This document shows, piece by piece, positions 11,421 through 22,959 of a stretch of DNA of 64,000 nucleotides (position 1 is its first letter; the number at the start of each line of letters is the position of its first letter). The notes below the pieces were generated by a model that saw only the letters and a program-made list of their open reading frames with translations, made no database searches and was not told the origin of the DNA. The position numbers and the translations under genes were made by a program. The stretch comes from Heptranchias perlo (lineage: Eukaryota), in assembly GCF_035084215.1 (NCBI RefSeq), contig NC_090355.1:23312001-23376000 (forward strand). The letters run 5' to 3'.

Positions 11421-13349
11421 CAGGAAATGTCAGGAAATGCGTCAATGCGTCAATGCCAGATTCATCAGCCGCACTCACAAGATAGTCCAGAATGTCACCC
11501 GAGCACAATGCAGCGCCATTGACGCTCTCAAGACCAACCGAAACATCGTCATCAAACCAGCGGAAAAAGGAGGAGCCATCGTCATACAGAACAGAACGGA
11601 CTATTGCAAAGAAGCATACTGACAACTGGACAACCAGGAACACTACAGACGGTTACCCGCAGATCCGACCAAAGAACACACCCACCAGCTCAACAAACTG
11701 ATCAAGACCTTCGATCCAGACCTTCAAAGCATCCTACGCGCTCTCATCCCACGTACTCCCCGCGTGGGAGGCTTCTACTGCCTCCCAAAGATACACAAAG
11801 CCAACACACCCGGACGTCCTATCGTATCAGGCAACGGAACCCTGTGTGAGAACCTCTCTGGATACGTCGAGGGCATCCTGAAACCCATCGTACAGGGAAC
11901 CCCCAGCTTCTGTCGCGACACTACAGACTTCCTACAAAAACTCAGCACCCACGGACCAGTTGAACCAGGAACACTTCTCACCACAATGGACGTCTCGGCA
12001 CTCTACACCAGTATCCCCCACGATGACGGCATCGCTGCAACAGCATCAATACTCAACACCAACAACGGCCAATCCTCAGAAGCCATCCTACAACTCATCC
12101 GCTTCATCCTGGATCACAATGTCTTCACCTTCGATAACCAGTTCTTTACCCAAACACACGGAACAGCCATGGGGACCAAATTCGCACCCCAATATGCCAA
12201 CATTTTCATGCACAAGTTCGAGCAGGACTTCTTCACTGCACAGGACCTCCAACCAACGCTATACACCAGATACATCGACGACATTTTCTTCCTATGGACC
12301 CATGGTGAAGAATCACTGAAGAGACTGCACGATAACATCAACAAGTTCCATCCCACCATCAAGCTCACCATGGACTACTCCTCAGAATCGGTTTCTTTCT
12401 TGGACACATGAATCTCCATCCAAGACGGGCACCTCAGCACCTCACTCTACCGCAAGCCCATGCATAACCTCACGATGCTCCACTTTTCCAGCTCCCACCC
12501 TAACCACGTCAAAGAGGCCATCCCCTATGGACAGGCCCTGCGAATACACAGGATCTGCTCAGACGAGGAGGAACGCGATGGACACCTACAGACGCTGAAA
12601 GATGCCCTCGTAAGAACGGGATATGACGCTCGACTCGTCGATCGACAGTTCCGACGGGCCACAGCGAAAAATCGCATAGACCTCCTCAGAAGACTAACAC
12701 GGGACGCAACCAACAGAGTACCCTTCGTCGTCCAGTACTTCCCCGGAGCGGAGAAACTACGCCATGTTCTCCACAGCCTTCAACATGTCATCGATGACGA
12801 CGAACACCTCGCTAAGGCCATCCCTACACCTCCACTACTCTCCTTCAAACAGCCACCCAACCTCAAACAGACCATCGTTCGCAGCAAATTACCCAGCTTT
12901 CAGGAGAAGAGCGTCCACGACACCACACAACCCTGCCACGGTAACCTCTGCAAGACATGCCAGATCATCGACACAGATACCACCATCACACGAGAGGACA
13001 CCACCCACCAGGTACATGGTTCATACTCCTGTGACTCGGCCAACGTTGTCTACCTCATTGCAGGAAAGGATGCCCCGGAGCATGGTACATTGGCGAGACC
13101 ATGCAGACACTGCGACAACGGATGAACAGACACCATGCAACAATCGCCAGACAGGAGGGTTCCCTCCCAGTCGGGGAACACTTCAGCAGTCAAGGACATT
13201 CAGCCACCGATCTTCGGGTAAGCGTTCTCCAAGGCAGCCTTTGAGACACACGACAACGCAAAATCGTTGAGCAGAAATTGATAGCCAAGTTCCGCACCCA
13301 TGAGGACGGCCTCAACCGGGATCTTGGGTTCATGTCACGCAACACGTAA
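11421..13349 (+). pseudogene. PLE reverse transcriptase / GIY-YIG endonuclease polyprotein, disrupted
   Basis: KPAEKGGAIVI, PGRPIVS, MDVSALYTSIPH, GTAMGTKFAPQYANIFM, YTRYIDDIF, SVSFLDT; linker CHGNLCKTC; NVVYLI...(frameshift)...WYIGET; ends HEDGLNRDLGFMSRNT*. In-frame TGA near 11619, 12409 and 13242. Confidence 0.93.
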
Positions 13350-13608
13350 CCCCACCAGCGAAAAAAAGTTATCTGTTTTTAATACAACGGGTCATTCTCT
13401 GTCTTTCTCTTCCTTTCGGATGTTTCTCTCTCTCTCTCTCTCTCTGTCTTCTGTTCTGGCCGTTTGTATATTCGGTGGTCCTGTAGGTAACATCTCTCTG
13501 TCTGAACACTTTGATTGCCTTGACAACAGGCAGTTGGAAAGATTATCTGTAATCAGCAGGTATTGTTCTCTGGCTATAAATGCGGTAACCTTCCATGGAA
13601 TCCCACAC

Positions 13609-13645
13609 TCACCTGACGAAGGAGAAAGCCTCCGAAAGCTTGTGA
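13609..13645 (+). ncRNA. Minimal type I hammerhead ribozyme motif in the PLE terminal repeat
   Basis: tcac-CTGACGA-a-GGAG-aaagc-CTCC-GAAA-gc-TT-gtga: conserved core, stem II, stem I tcac/gtga and a palindromic AAGCTT in place of stem III, as described for PLE hammerheads. Confidence 0.8.
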
Positions 13646-14943
13646 TTTTCAAATTAAACAGTTGGACTATAACCTGGTGTTGTAAGATTCCTTACATTTG
13701 TTAAGATTTGTGCAAGTTACTGACCTTTTATTTATCCTAGCAGGAAAAGGTTATAATTGTGGCACGTTTGTACTGATTATCTATCCTGATGATGCAGTTC
13801 ATGTGGATTATCTAAAGCATTCCTCCCCCTGTTCACACTATAATTTCACAGCGGGGCCTCTTCAACTATGACAGTGTTACTTCCTGTTTTTGCACATACA
13901 CATTTCTCTCTGGTCTGCTTTGAAAGCATACCATGATACACTCAGTGCATTTTACACCTAAAAGAGGCAGTGGGGCCGATTTTTCAGGTGACAGAGCGGG
14001 TGCATTGCGGGTGGGGGGGGGCTCTGAAAATCGCTAAAATCTGGAGCAGGTTCGGAGCTCGGCTCCAACCCGCTGACTTCCAGGTTCCCCAGTGATGTGT
14101 CCAGGCGCGCGCGCCTCCCGAATGCGGGAGTGCCACCGTCAATTAAAGCCGGCGCGATGATCATTTGCATGGTTTGATAGATAGTTGAAGTACTTGAACT
14201 ACTTGATTGACGAGACATTTTGGCAGGGGTGCAATTTTGAAGGAGACCCGTGCTGTGGGAAACACTCCCTGTTGCAACAGACGTGTTTCAGCCAGCAGCC
14301 AGTGGGAGATGCAAATAATTATTTGACAGGTGGGGAGAACATAAGAACATAAGAAATAGGAGCAGGAGTAGGCCAATCGGCCCCTCGAGCCTGCTCCGCC
14401 ATTCAATAAGATCATGGCTGATCTGATCCTAACCTCAAATCTAAATTCATGTCCAATTTCCTGCCCACTCCCCGTAACCCATAATTCCCTTTACTTCCAG
14501 GAAACTGTCTATTTCTGTTTTAAATGTATTTAATGATGTAGTTTCCACAGCTTCCTGGGGCAGCAAATTCCACAGACCTACTACCCTCTGAGTGAAGAAG
14601 TTTCTCCTCATCTCAGTTTTGAAAGAGCAGCCCCTTATTCTAAGATTATGCCCCCTAGTTCTAGTTTCACCCATCCTTGGGAACATCCTTACCGCATCCA
14701 CCCGATCAAGCCCCTTCACAATCTTATATGTTTCAATAAGATCGCCTTTCATTCTTCTGAACTCCAATGAGTAGAGTCCCAATCTACTCAACCTCTCCTC
14801 ATGTCCGCTCCCTCATCCCCGGGATTAACCGAGTGAACCTTCTTTGTACTGCCTCGAGAGCAAGTATGTCTTTTCTTAAGTATGGAGACCAAAACTGTAT
14901 GCAGTATTCCAGGTGCGGTCTCACCAATACCTTATATAACTGC

Positions 14944-15161
14944 TGTAAACAATTTTACAACACCAAGTTATAGTCCAGCAATTTTATTTTAAATTCACAA
15001 GCTTTCGGAGATTTTCTCCTTCCTCAGGCAAATGTTTGCCTGAGGAAGGAGAAAATCTCCGAAAGCTTGTGAATTTAAAATAAAATTGCTGGACTATAAC
15101 TTGGTGTTGTAAAATTGTTTACAATTGTCAACCCCAGTCCATCACCGGCATCTCCACATCA
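14944..15161 (+). mobile_element. Fold-back mini-PLE: perfect 89-bp inverted repeat plus ~38-nt tail
   Basis: Arms 14944-15032 and 15035-15123 with a 2-nt spacer, homologous to the PLE terminal repeat. Tail ttgtcaaccccagtccatcaccggcatctccacatca. TSD TTATATAACTGC at 14932-14943 and 15162-15173. Confidence 0.9.
15035..15073 (+). ncRNA. Hammerhead ribozyme motif in the mini-PLE (mirror copy on - at 14994-15032)
   Basis: CTGAGGA-a-GGAGA-aaa-TCTCC-GAAA-gc-TT-gtgaa; stem I is weaker (G-U pairs). Confidence 0.7.
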
Positions 15162-15409
15162 TTATATAACTGCAGCAATACCTCCCTGTTTTTATATTCT
15201 ATCCCCCTAGCAATAAACGCCAACATTCCGTTGGCCTTCTTGATCACCTGCTGCACCTCATTTATTGCAGCAGGGTACTCTGTCACCTCAGACAAAGTTT
15301 TGGCTGCCAGACCTTTGTGATTTCACTTAAAATCCTTACTTTCCACCCAAAACTCTGCTGTGCAAACATATTTACCTACTTTACGGACCCCCTCAAGCTC
15401 ACACCGTCA

Positions 15410-16575
15410 GCATAGGGGGTGCCATGGCTTCATTCACCACTTCATCAGAGGACAAGCAACATCACCAGCCTCGCCAGGCAGACCGTCCACCTTCGCCACG
15501 TGGAGCTCCACAACACAGTGTCTGCGCCACAGGCACCTGCACAAGAGCACGGAGGGCAACAACAGAGAAAGCACTGTCGCAGGAGGCACTACCCTCACAA
15601 CGGGGTCTACAGACCAAGGCTCAGCTTCCTGGACCTCTCTGAGGAGCAGTGCATATGAAGGCTCAGAGTCAGTCGCCAGTTAGTCGCAGACATCTGCAGT
15701 CTCCTTCATGCCGAGCTGCTCCCGGCTGGGCCGAGCAACATCTCCTTACCTGTCGCTGTCAAAGTCACCACTGCCCTCAACTTCTTCACCTCCGGATCAT
15801 TCCAGGGTGCCACCAGGGACATCTCCGGTGTCTCTCAGTCGTCTGCACACAAGTGCATAGGGCAGGTCACCGACAGCTTGTTTCGCAGGGCCTCGCACTA
15901 CGTCAACTTCCCCGTGGACTACCTCAGCCAGATGGGGAGGGCAGTGGAATTCCACGCTCTGGCTGGTTTCCCAAGGGTGCAGGGTGTAATCGATTGCACC
16001 CATATAGCAATACGAGCACCTCCACATGAGCCAGGACTGTTCATCAACAGAAAGGGCTATCACTTCATCAACTCTCAGCTGGTTTGTGACCACCACAAGA
16101 GATTCCTACACATGTGTGCCAGATACCCTGGCAGCTGCCACAATTCCTTCATCCTCCGGGAGTCCAACATCCTGCTCCTCTTCCACGCACCAAGCACCCG
16201 TGAGGGCTGGCTCCTGGGGGACAAGGGATACCCCCTGCACACGTGGCTCATGACACCTCTGAGGAACCCAACCACCAAGCAACAGCATCGATATAACGAC
16301 AGCCACATTGCTACCATTGAGCAGCCATAGGGCTGCTCAAGATGCGGTTCAGGTGCCTTGATCGTTCTGGGAGATCGCTTCAATACGCACCAGACAGAGT
16401 GGGAAGCATTGTAGTCGTGTGGTGTAACAGAGGGGTGCCGCTTGAGGAGGCCCCATCCACATCTGCCACCCACATTGAGAAGGAGGAGGAGCTGGAGGAG
16501 CCCATTGGCAGAGCAGCAGCTCACCTGGCTGCTTGTGAGGCCAGGGAGTCACTGATATGTGAACAGTTCTCCTAA
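15410..16575 (+). pseudogene. Harbinger DDE transposase, copy 2, disrupted
   Basis: GFPRVQGVIDCTHIAI, ARYPGSCHNS, WLLGDKGYP, IEQP*GCS, acidic C-terminus; frameshifts and stops. Confidence 0.92.
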
Positions 16576-16886
16576 CATCAGACAGTGTGAAGAGTCCAGT
16601 CCTCACCACCTGGATAGAGCAGCGCCCAAACCAGCCCCCCTGCCCTGCACAAAACAGTCCTGCAACTACACTTATGCCCACTGTAGAGTGACCCAATGGG
16701 TGGCATCAAATGTGGGTGTTCATGGTGGACCTCATGAAAGGGCCATATTATAGAAGCCAGTCAAGCATGGCCAAGACATGGCAGTAGTGGTGACAATAAT
16801 ACTATTTAATGTGAGTTTAACAAAAAGCAAACATAAATTAAAAAACATGACCAATCATCAAACAGCTTTGTGCATCCCCTTCGTGC

Positions 16887-18828
16887 TTACAAAACCTTCG
16901 CCTTTCACTTACGACTACTCCGACGTGGTGCATCCCCTGTGGCTGCAGCAGAGGTAGTGCAGGTTGCTCTTGTTCATGCCCTGACCGATTAGATGCATTC
17001 GGCCTATGCCCTCTGAGTTTTGGTGCCTGTGAGGGCTCCTCCAAAGACTGATCCACCTGCACCTGTGCAGGGGTAGACTCGGCCACCTGGAGATGAGACA
17101 CCATTGCGGGTACTGGTTGAGAGACGGGCAACGGGTGAGACGTGGGGGCGCTATGAGTAGTGTCCCCACTTCCATTTCCCCTTTTGCCATCATCCCTCCC
17201 TGGGCCAGGCCCACACAACTCCTACCACTCTGCTGGACGACAGTTTGGAGGACATGTGTGAAGCCTTGTAAGGCCAGTGCTAGTGTATCTGCCTGCCTGT
17301 TTAAGGCGGTCGAATATTGTTCACCCTGATTCCAAACGGCCGTTGTCAGGGCCTGAATGGACTCATTGGTGAGCTGTGCTTGAAGCTCCATGGAGGCTAG
17401 CCTTCCCTCCATCGCAGACATTCCTGCACTTACCCACGACACTATCTCAGAGATGCCCTCACGTTCCTGTGACAGTACCTCAGAGATTCCCTCCCGCACC
17501 TGTGCCACCATTCCACTCATGCAGGAGTTGGACTCCTCCATCCTCTGTGCGATTGTGCAGAGTGCACGTGGCACTTGTTCCAGCACCTCGCAAATGTGCT
17601 GCTGTCCCTCGATCATTCTCCTTTTAAAGGATGGCCCCCAGGGTTCAGTATCTGTGTCCAGCTGAGCAGAGCCTGGAGAGGAGTGCTCCCACCGACGGGG
17701 ACTCTCCACAGCTGCCCCTGCCACCAGTGTCTGCTCGTGCTCACGTGTGTGGTAACTCACCATGTGTAACCCCAACTAACTGTGGACTGGGACCCACCGA
17801 GGTGTGTGTATCTGCGCTGGTGGATGGTTCGCTCAGATGTGACGGTGCCCCCTCAGAGGCCGGCAGGTCCTCTGAGGAATCGCCCTCTGCCATCACAGTG
17901 GTCTCTGAAGGCCCTGTAAGAGAACAGAAGGCAATATTAAGCATGATCACAGATGTGTCATGTTGCGATGAGCATACTGAGGTGCTGAATATGACAAGGC
18001 ATGTTAACATCAATTCACATTGTGTGTGCTGAATGTTAAAGTTCTGTCACCAGACATTTGTCGGGTGCCAGTCATGGCGTCCCCGACGGACAGGCACTCG
18101 AGGGTGCGGCTCAGCTTCAGTGCCTCCTGCTCCGCGTCTGTGAGGACAACTATCTGTTGCAGCCCTGCTCCAGTCCTCGCCCTCTCCCATGCATTCTGGG
18201 CTCTCTTCTCCGATAAGGGTAGAAAGTACAGACGCGTGAGTGAGTGATGGTGACGTGGCCAACCGATGAATGCATTGGTTTGGGTGCGGCTGACAGTGAA
18301 AGAGATGCATCAGAGGGTGAGTATGAGACAGAGCCATGACATTGTATGAGGATTGGGTTGAGTGGTAGCAGTGGGGTGACTAATGGGGAGGTGAGGAAGT
18401 GTTGAGGAAGTGCAGGTAAATTGAGGATGAGCTTCGAGTGGTTGTGAGGAGTGATGTGATAGAGTAGTGTTGACAGTGCAGAATGAGTTGTGGGGTGGGG
18501 GCGGTGATGTGGAAGACAGAATGTAGGAGAATGAGTAAGTGTACCCACTTTGGTTGACCTAGTTAGATCATTGAAGCGCTTCCTGCACTGGATCCAGGTG
18601 CGGAAGGTGCTCCTACTGGCTACCTCTTCTGCCACCTCGAGCCAGGCCTTCTTGGTGGCAGAGGAGGTCACCGGCAGCAGCAACTGGATGGGGTGAGGAG
18701 GAGGGGGGGGATGTGTTCTACCCTTATGTCGGGTAGAACACATCCCTCCTCCTCCTCACCCCATCCAGTAGCACCTGGAGTGAGGCATCACTAAATCTAA
18801 GAGCAGCCTTTCCCCTGTGCTGCTCCAT
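16887..18828 (-). pseudogene. Harbinger Myb/SANT-like gene, copy 2
   Basis: MEQHRGKAALRFSDASLQVLLDGVRRRRDVFYP...ATKKAWLEVAEEV...WIQCRKRFNDLTRS; last exon ORF 16915-17775 is homologous to copy 1. Confidence 0.85.
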
Positions 18829-19283
18829 TGTGCTGTTTGGGTTTTTGCTCCAGGAACAGCCATTGGAGGACTGCCCATTTAAATAGAGCTCCTCCAGCTG
18901 ACAGCCTGTGATGCGGGTGCGCAGTCTGCCCGCTGCGCAGCTTTCGGGCGGCAAACCCGGAAGCCACGTTAAGTGCCTTCAATTTACCCGCGGTCATGTG
19001 GGGAACGTTCAGATTTTATTGGGCGGGTTACCATCCCGCCTCCCTGCTAATATCGGGGCCAACTTGTCAATCTTCTTGTGTGGTCAAGTCTATCATGATT
19101 TTGAGAGCACATGTAGCTTTTCACTTGAGGTTCTACCACAGGGTTTGGTTTAATTCTGGCCTAAGGTGTGTGTGAATACAGTATTGGGACCATTCCTAGA
19201 TCTTCCCAGCTATAGAAGGCTGACTCGCACTGGTCTGTGATACACCGTGAAAAAGCATGTGGACTTTGTTTTAATAAAGAAGC

Positions 19284-19550
19284 CAGTTGCATTTATCTAG
19301 TGCTTTGTCACACCTCTCATTTTGAAATGTTTCATGCACAATGCAGTACTTTGACTGTTATGTCGGCAAACACAGCAGCCATTTCCCACACAGCAAGATC
19401 CCACATACTGCATTATTTTTGAATGAATGTGTTCATCTGTTTATCGTGTTGGTTCCGAGAGGAATTTTGGTCAGGGGAGCACCCTGTTCCTCTTCAAGTG
19501 GTTCCATTCCATCTTTAGCATCTACCTGAACTACTAAACCAGGGCCACCT
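19284..19550 (-). mobile_element. Partial SacSINE1-like SINE
   Basis: ttgcatttatctagtgc...cacagcaagatcccaca matches the SINE 3' region in reverse. Confidence 0.55.
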
Positions 19551-21427
19551 GCCTTGTAACTAAGGCTGGTAATATTTATTTCTATTCTTGTAACAGTGTC
19601 AAAAAGACTCAAGGTGTTCGCTATTCCACGGGTCCCAAGCTTGTAACTACAGAGTACGAAATGCAACCAGTGAACATGGGTTATGCTGCTGGCTCTCGCA
19701 TTACTCTCTGCCCAGAAACACCAGAGCTCTCAGGGTGTGTTTGTGTGTGTTTGCTTTCATGCACGTACACAGTTCCCGAACGCTGGTTCAATTTCAATGT
19801 CGGGAGAGAGATGACGAGGAAGGTGATTCTACTCTAACATTTGAACAAGGGTCAAATTTTTAAGAGTTCTCGGGCAGCCTAATGGACAGTGTTGGAACTT
19901 TTTGAAATGGGCTTTGCATCAGACTTGTGCAGGTGGTGTGAAGCCCGTAATGTGTGACACTACTTTCTGGATGGATGCAGTCAGACGGCCAATCTGACTC
20001 TGGATTTACACCCCTGATTTTGGACCAATGAATTTCCAGAGCCACTTTGCCACCATTCATAAGTATTAGAATAATTAGCCCATTGAGCTCACTATGACCA
20101 GTTATTAATTATGCTGTGGTTAAGGTTGCAGTTGCCCACAATTTTTAACTTTAATTCCTGTTAAGATTTTAAGATGGTGTATAGAAAACATTTTTGTGAT
20201 GGTTTGGATCAAATCACCCTTCATGTAACCTACACTAAAATTGTAATATGGTAATTACATTTTCCCCACACTTGTGGACAAAATATTTTATTGCGCTCTT
20301 GAGTGGGACTTCTTCGTGTGACGCTCCTGAGTTAGTTGGTTGTCCTTGCTCAAGAGACAAATTCTTGATTCAGCAGCTTGCCATCAAACATCCTTTACAT
20401 GTTACATTTTTAATGAAGTAAATGTGGACCTTAACAGATTGATGACTGGGAAAAATCATGTGTTATTTCTTTAGTGTTTGTGTATTCTTTACTGGTGGAG
20501 GAAGGAGGATTTGAAAACGTTTGGAAACTGGAAATAGACCACTGGTTTTTGACCACATGAAAGATGGCAGGACTGGTTGCCTAGGAGATCACACGATGAG
20601 GAGCCCTGGAAGATTGGGAGGGGCAGATGGAGAGATTATCAAAAGAACCAGCCAAGAGTATCTCACATAATCTGCTGCATTGTTATGTTGTACTAGTCTT
20701 CTGATTCTCTAAGCTTCTCTTTCAAGAGTAACCACTTCTAACAGTTATTTAGGCTTATTAGAAAAAGCAGTGACGTGGTGACATCTAGAAGGCTCATTCA
20801 AAAGGAGTGGAAGTGTTTGTGAGGGGAGGGGTATTTTCACAGAATGCAAGCAACTCAGAACACAAGTGCCCGACTAGTGTGAATTTCCAGTTCTTAATGT
20901 ACATGTAATATTCAAATACTTCCAACTGCAAGGGAGGTACTGTACAAGAGTACCACAATTGGGGAAAAGTTGTGGCCTTGCCACATCCTTGTCTGGAATT
21001 TTTTTTTGAAATGTGGATTAAACCAAACAGTGGTATGCACTGTAAATTTAACATTGCGACTTTAGGTGATTGGATGGTGCCACTTCTGCAGCCAAGAATT
21101 GAATCCAGTCCAGAATAATGGGCGATATTTCTCTTTCCCTCACCCATCCCCCCCTACTCACATAGGTGTAAGGATCTTGGCCCAACTGCTAGTGAGTCCA
21201 AATCCACAGCCCAAAGCTGCTCTTAATCCATGCGACAACCAACCACGGGGAGGCCATAGACGACTGATATGGGGAATCGGAAGCTTGCATTCAAGGGCAT
21301 AGGTGCTGATTTGAGTGAAAGATTGGGGGAAATGGGATTAAGGTGTAATCTCCTGCGCACGTGTAGCGTCTGACTCAACGGATGGTGATGTATATGTAAT
21401 TTTTTTTAAATTGCAAATGTAGGCGAT

Positions 21428-21623
21428 CTGAAACAAAAATGGAATATGCTGGAAATGCACAGTAGATCCGTCAGCATCTGTAAAAGACACGTTAATATTC
21501 TTTTTGGGAAAGCTGAAACATCTTTCAGTTCTGACAAAGGTCATACACCTCATAAACATTACTTATCTTTTCCCTTTACAAATGCTGACTGATCAGATGT
21601 GCTTTACCAGCATTTTCTGTTTA
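21428..21623. mobile_element. Degenerate fold-back element, probably an older PLE-derived palindrome
   Basis: Inverted matches aatatgctggaaatgcaca/tgtgctttaccagcatttt and gtcagcatctgtaaa/tttacaaatgctgac; decayed hammerhead-like ctgacaaaggtc...acct near 21531. Confidence 0.55.
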
Positions 21624-21727
21624 TGGGCCACATATATATGTCTGGTTGTGAAATCAAGCCTGTTTTTGTTACTTTGAAAGAGACACCTATTTTACTTTAT
21701 CTTTGTATAGCTTAAAGAAAGAAATCA

Positions 21728-22152
21728 TACTTACATAGTGCCTTCCACATCCTCAGAATATCCTAAAGTGCTTCATAGCCAATGAATTACTTTTGAAGTG
21801 TAGTCACTGTTACGTAGGCAAACACAGCAGCTAATTTGCACATAGTAAAGCCTCATAAACAGCAATGTGACAGATGACCAATCTATTTGTTTTGGTGGTG
21901 TTTGTTGAGAGATAAATGTTGGCCAGCACACTGGGGTAACTCTCTGCTCTTCTCCAAATAGTGCTATGGCATCTTTTATATCCACATTAAAGTTAAAAGA
22001 GGTCTTGGTTTAACATCTCATCTGAAAGGCAGCACCTCTGACAATGCAGCATTCTCTCAGTACTGCACTGAAATGTCAGCCTAGATTATGTGCTTAAGTC
22101 CCTGGAGTGGGGCTGGAACCCACAACCTTCCTACTCAAAGGCGAGTGTACCA
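21728..22152 (-). mobile_element. tRNA-head SINE (SacSINE1/DeuSINE-like)
   Basis: Near full-length reverse match to the SINE at 6243. Confidence 0.8.
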
Positions 22153-22959
22153 ACCACAAATAAATTAATACTTCTAACAAGCAAATCTCATTCTATGGTT
22201 TTGCCTTAGAGAGAAAGTGGACGTCCTTCTGTAGTAAGAGTTTTAAAATATCACAGTGCTGGACAGTCAGTACCCAATGTCAAAAAACTGCAAACAATGT
22301 GTGTATTTAAAAAAAACTACAAATGCTGAAAATCGGAAACAAAAATGGAATATTTTTGTCAAATTAAAATAAATGTATCAGCACAGAATAGTTGTTATCT
22401 AATAGTGGCAATACTGAAAATAAATCCATCCCCTTCATAAGTATACAGTTAAACTGTCCATTTGGCTTTTTTTATACATGATACAATGTGCAATCTCCAT
22501 CATGGCAAAGCTATTGGTGCAGAGTGGTCAATTATTCTTCGCAATGTGTTCATCCACAACGAGAAAATTGCTGCTAATTCGTGCTGGGTGTTGCACCACA
22601 CACAAACCCCTCTGGCTCACTGTTTAACCCATGCGGAGATAGTGAACCAATGTCTGCTGTTGCAGGGGAAGAATGGAGCATTTGAAGATGCATCCTCGAA
22701 GACAGTCCCCCTCTAAGGTGTATTATTCTGCAGGGTCCAGGTGCTGAGAAGGACAAAAGAAAGAGAAAAGGGACAAGAGTTAGGATTGCATGATGAGGCT
22801 GGACATTAGCAGGTGACAGTATTGAGAATGCAACTTGAAGATGTGAAGCTTGCAGAATATTTTTTGACGTGAATGAAGGATTACAAGTAATATGCAAACT
22901 CCCATCTCAGACAAGCCTTCCCTGATGCTCATGGTTTTGCCCAGTTCACTAATCTCCAG

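Larger units (their letters stand above)
11223..13698 (+). mobile_element. Penelope-like retroelement (GIY-YIG PLE, probably Neptune-like), 5'-truncated with inverted terminal repeat
   Basis: RT plus GIY-YIG ORF remnant. 11255-11420 is the reverse complement of about 13539-13704. 13-bp TSD TGTTAAGATTTGT at 11210-11222 and 13699-13711. Confidence 0.93.
14337..15256 (-). mobile_element. CR1-group LINE 3' fragment inserted in Harbinger copy 2
   Basis: ORF 14447-14791 LYSLEFRRMKGDLIETYKI...GYGEWAGNWT; (ttcttatg)n tail at 14337-14355; interrupted by a PLE at 14944. Confidence 0.9.
13972..19060 (+). mobile_element. PIF/Harbinger DNA transposon, copy 2 (near full length, with nested LINE and PLE)
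   Basis: Imperfect TIRs GGGGCCGATTTT (13972-13983) and AATATCGGGGCC (19049-19060); both genes present and colinear with copy 1. No clean 3-bp TSD seen. Confidence 0.88.
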
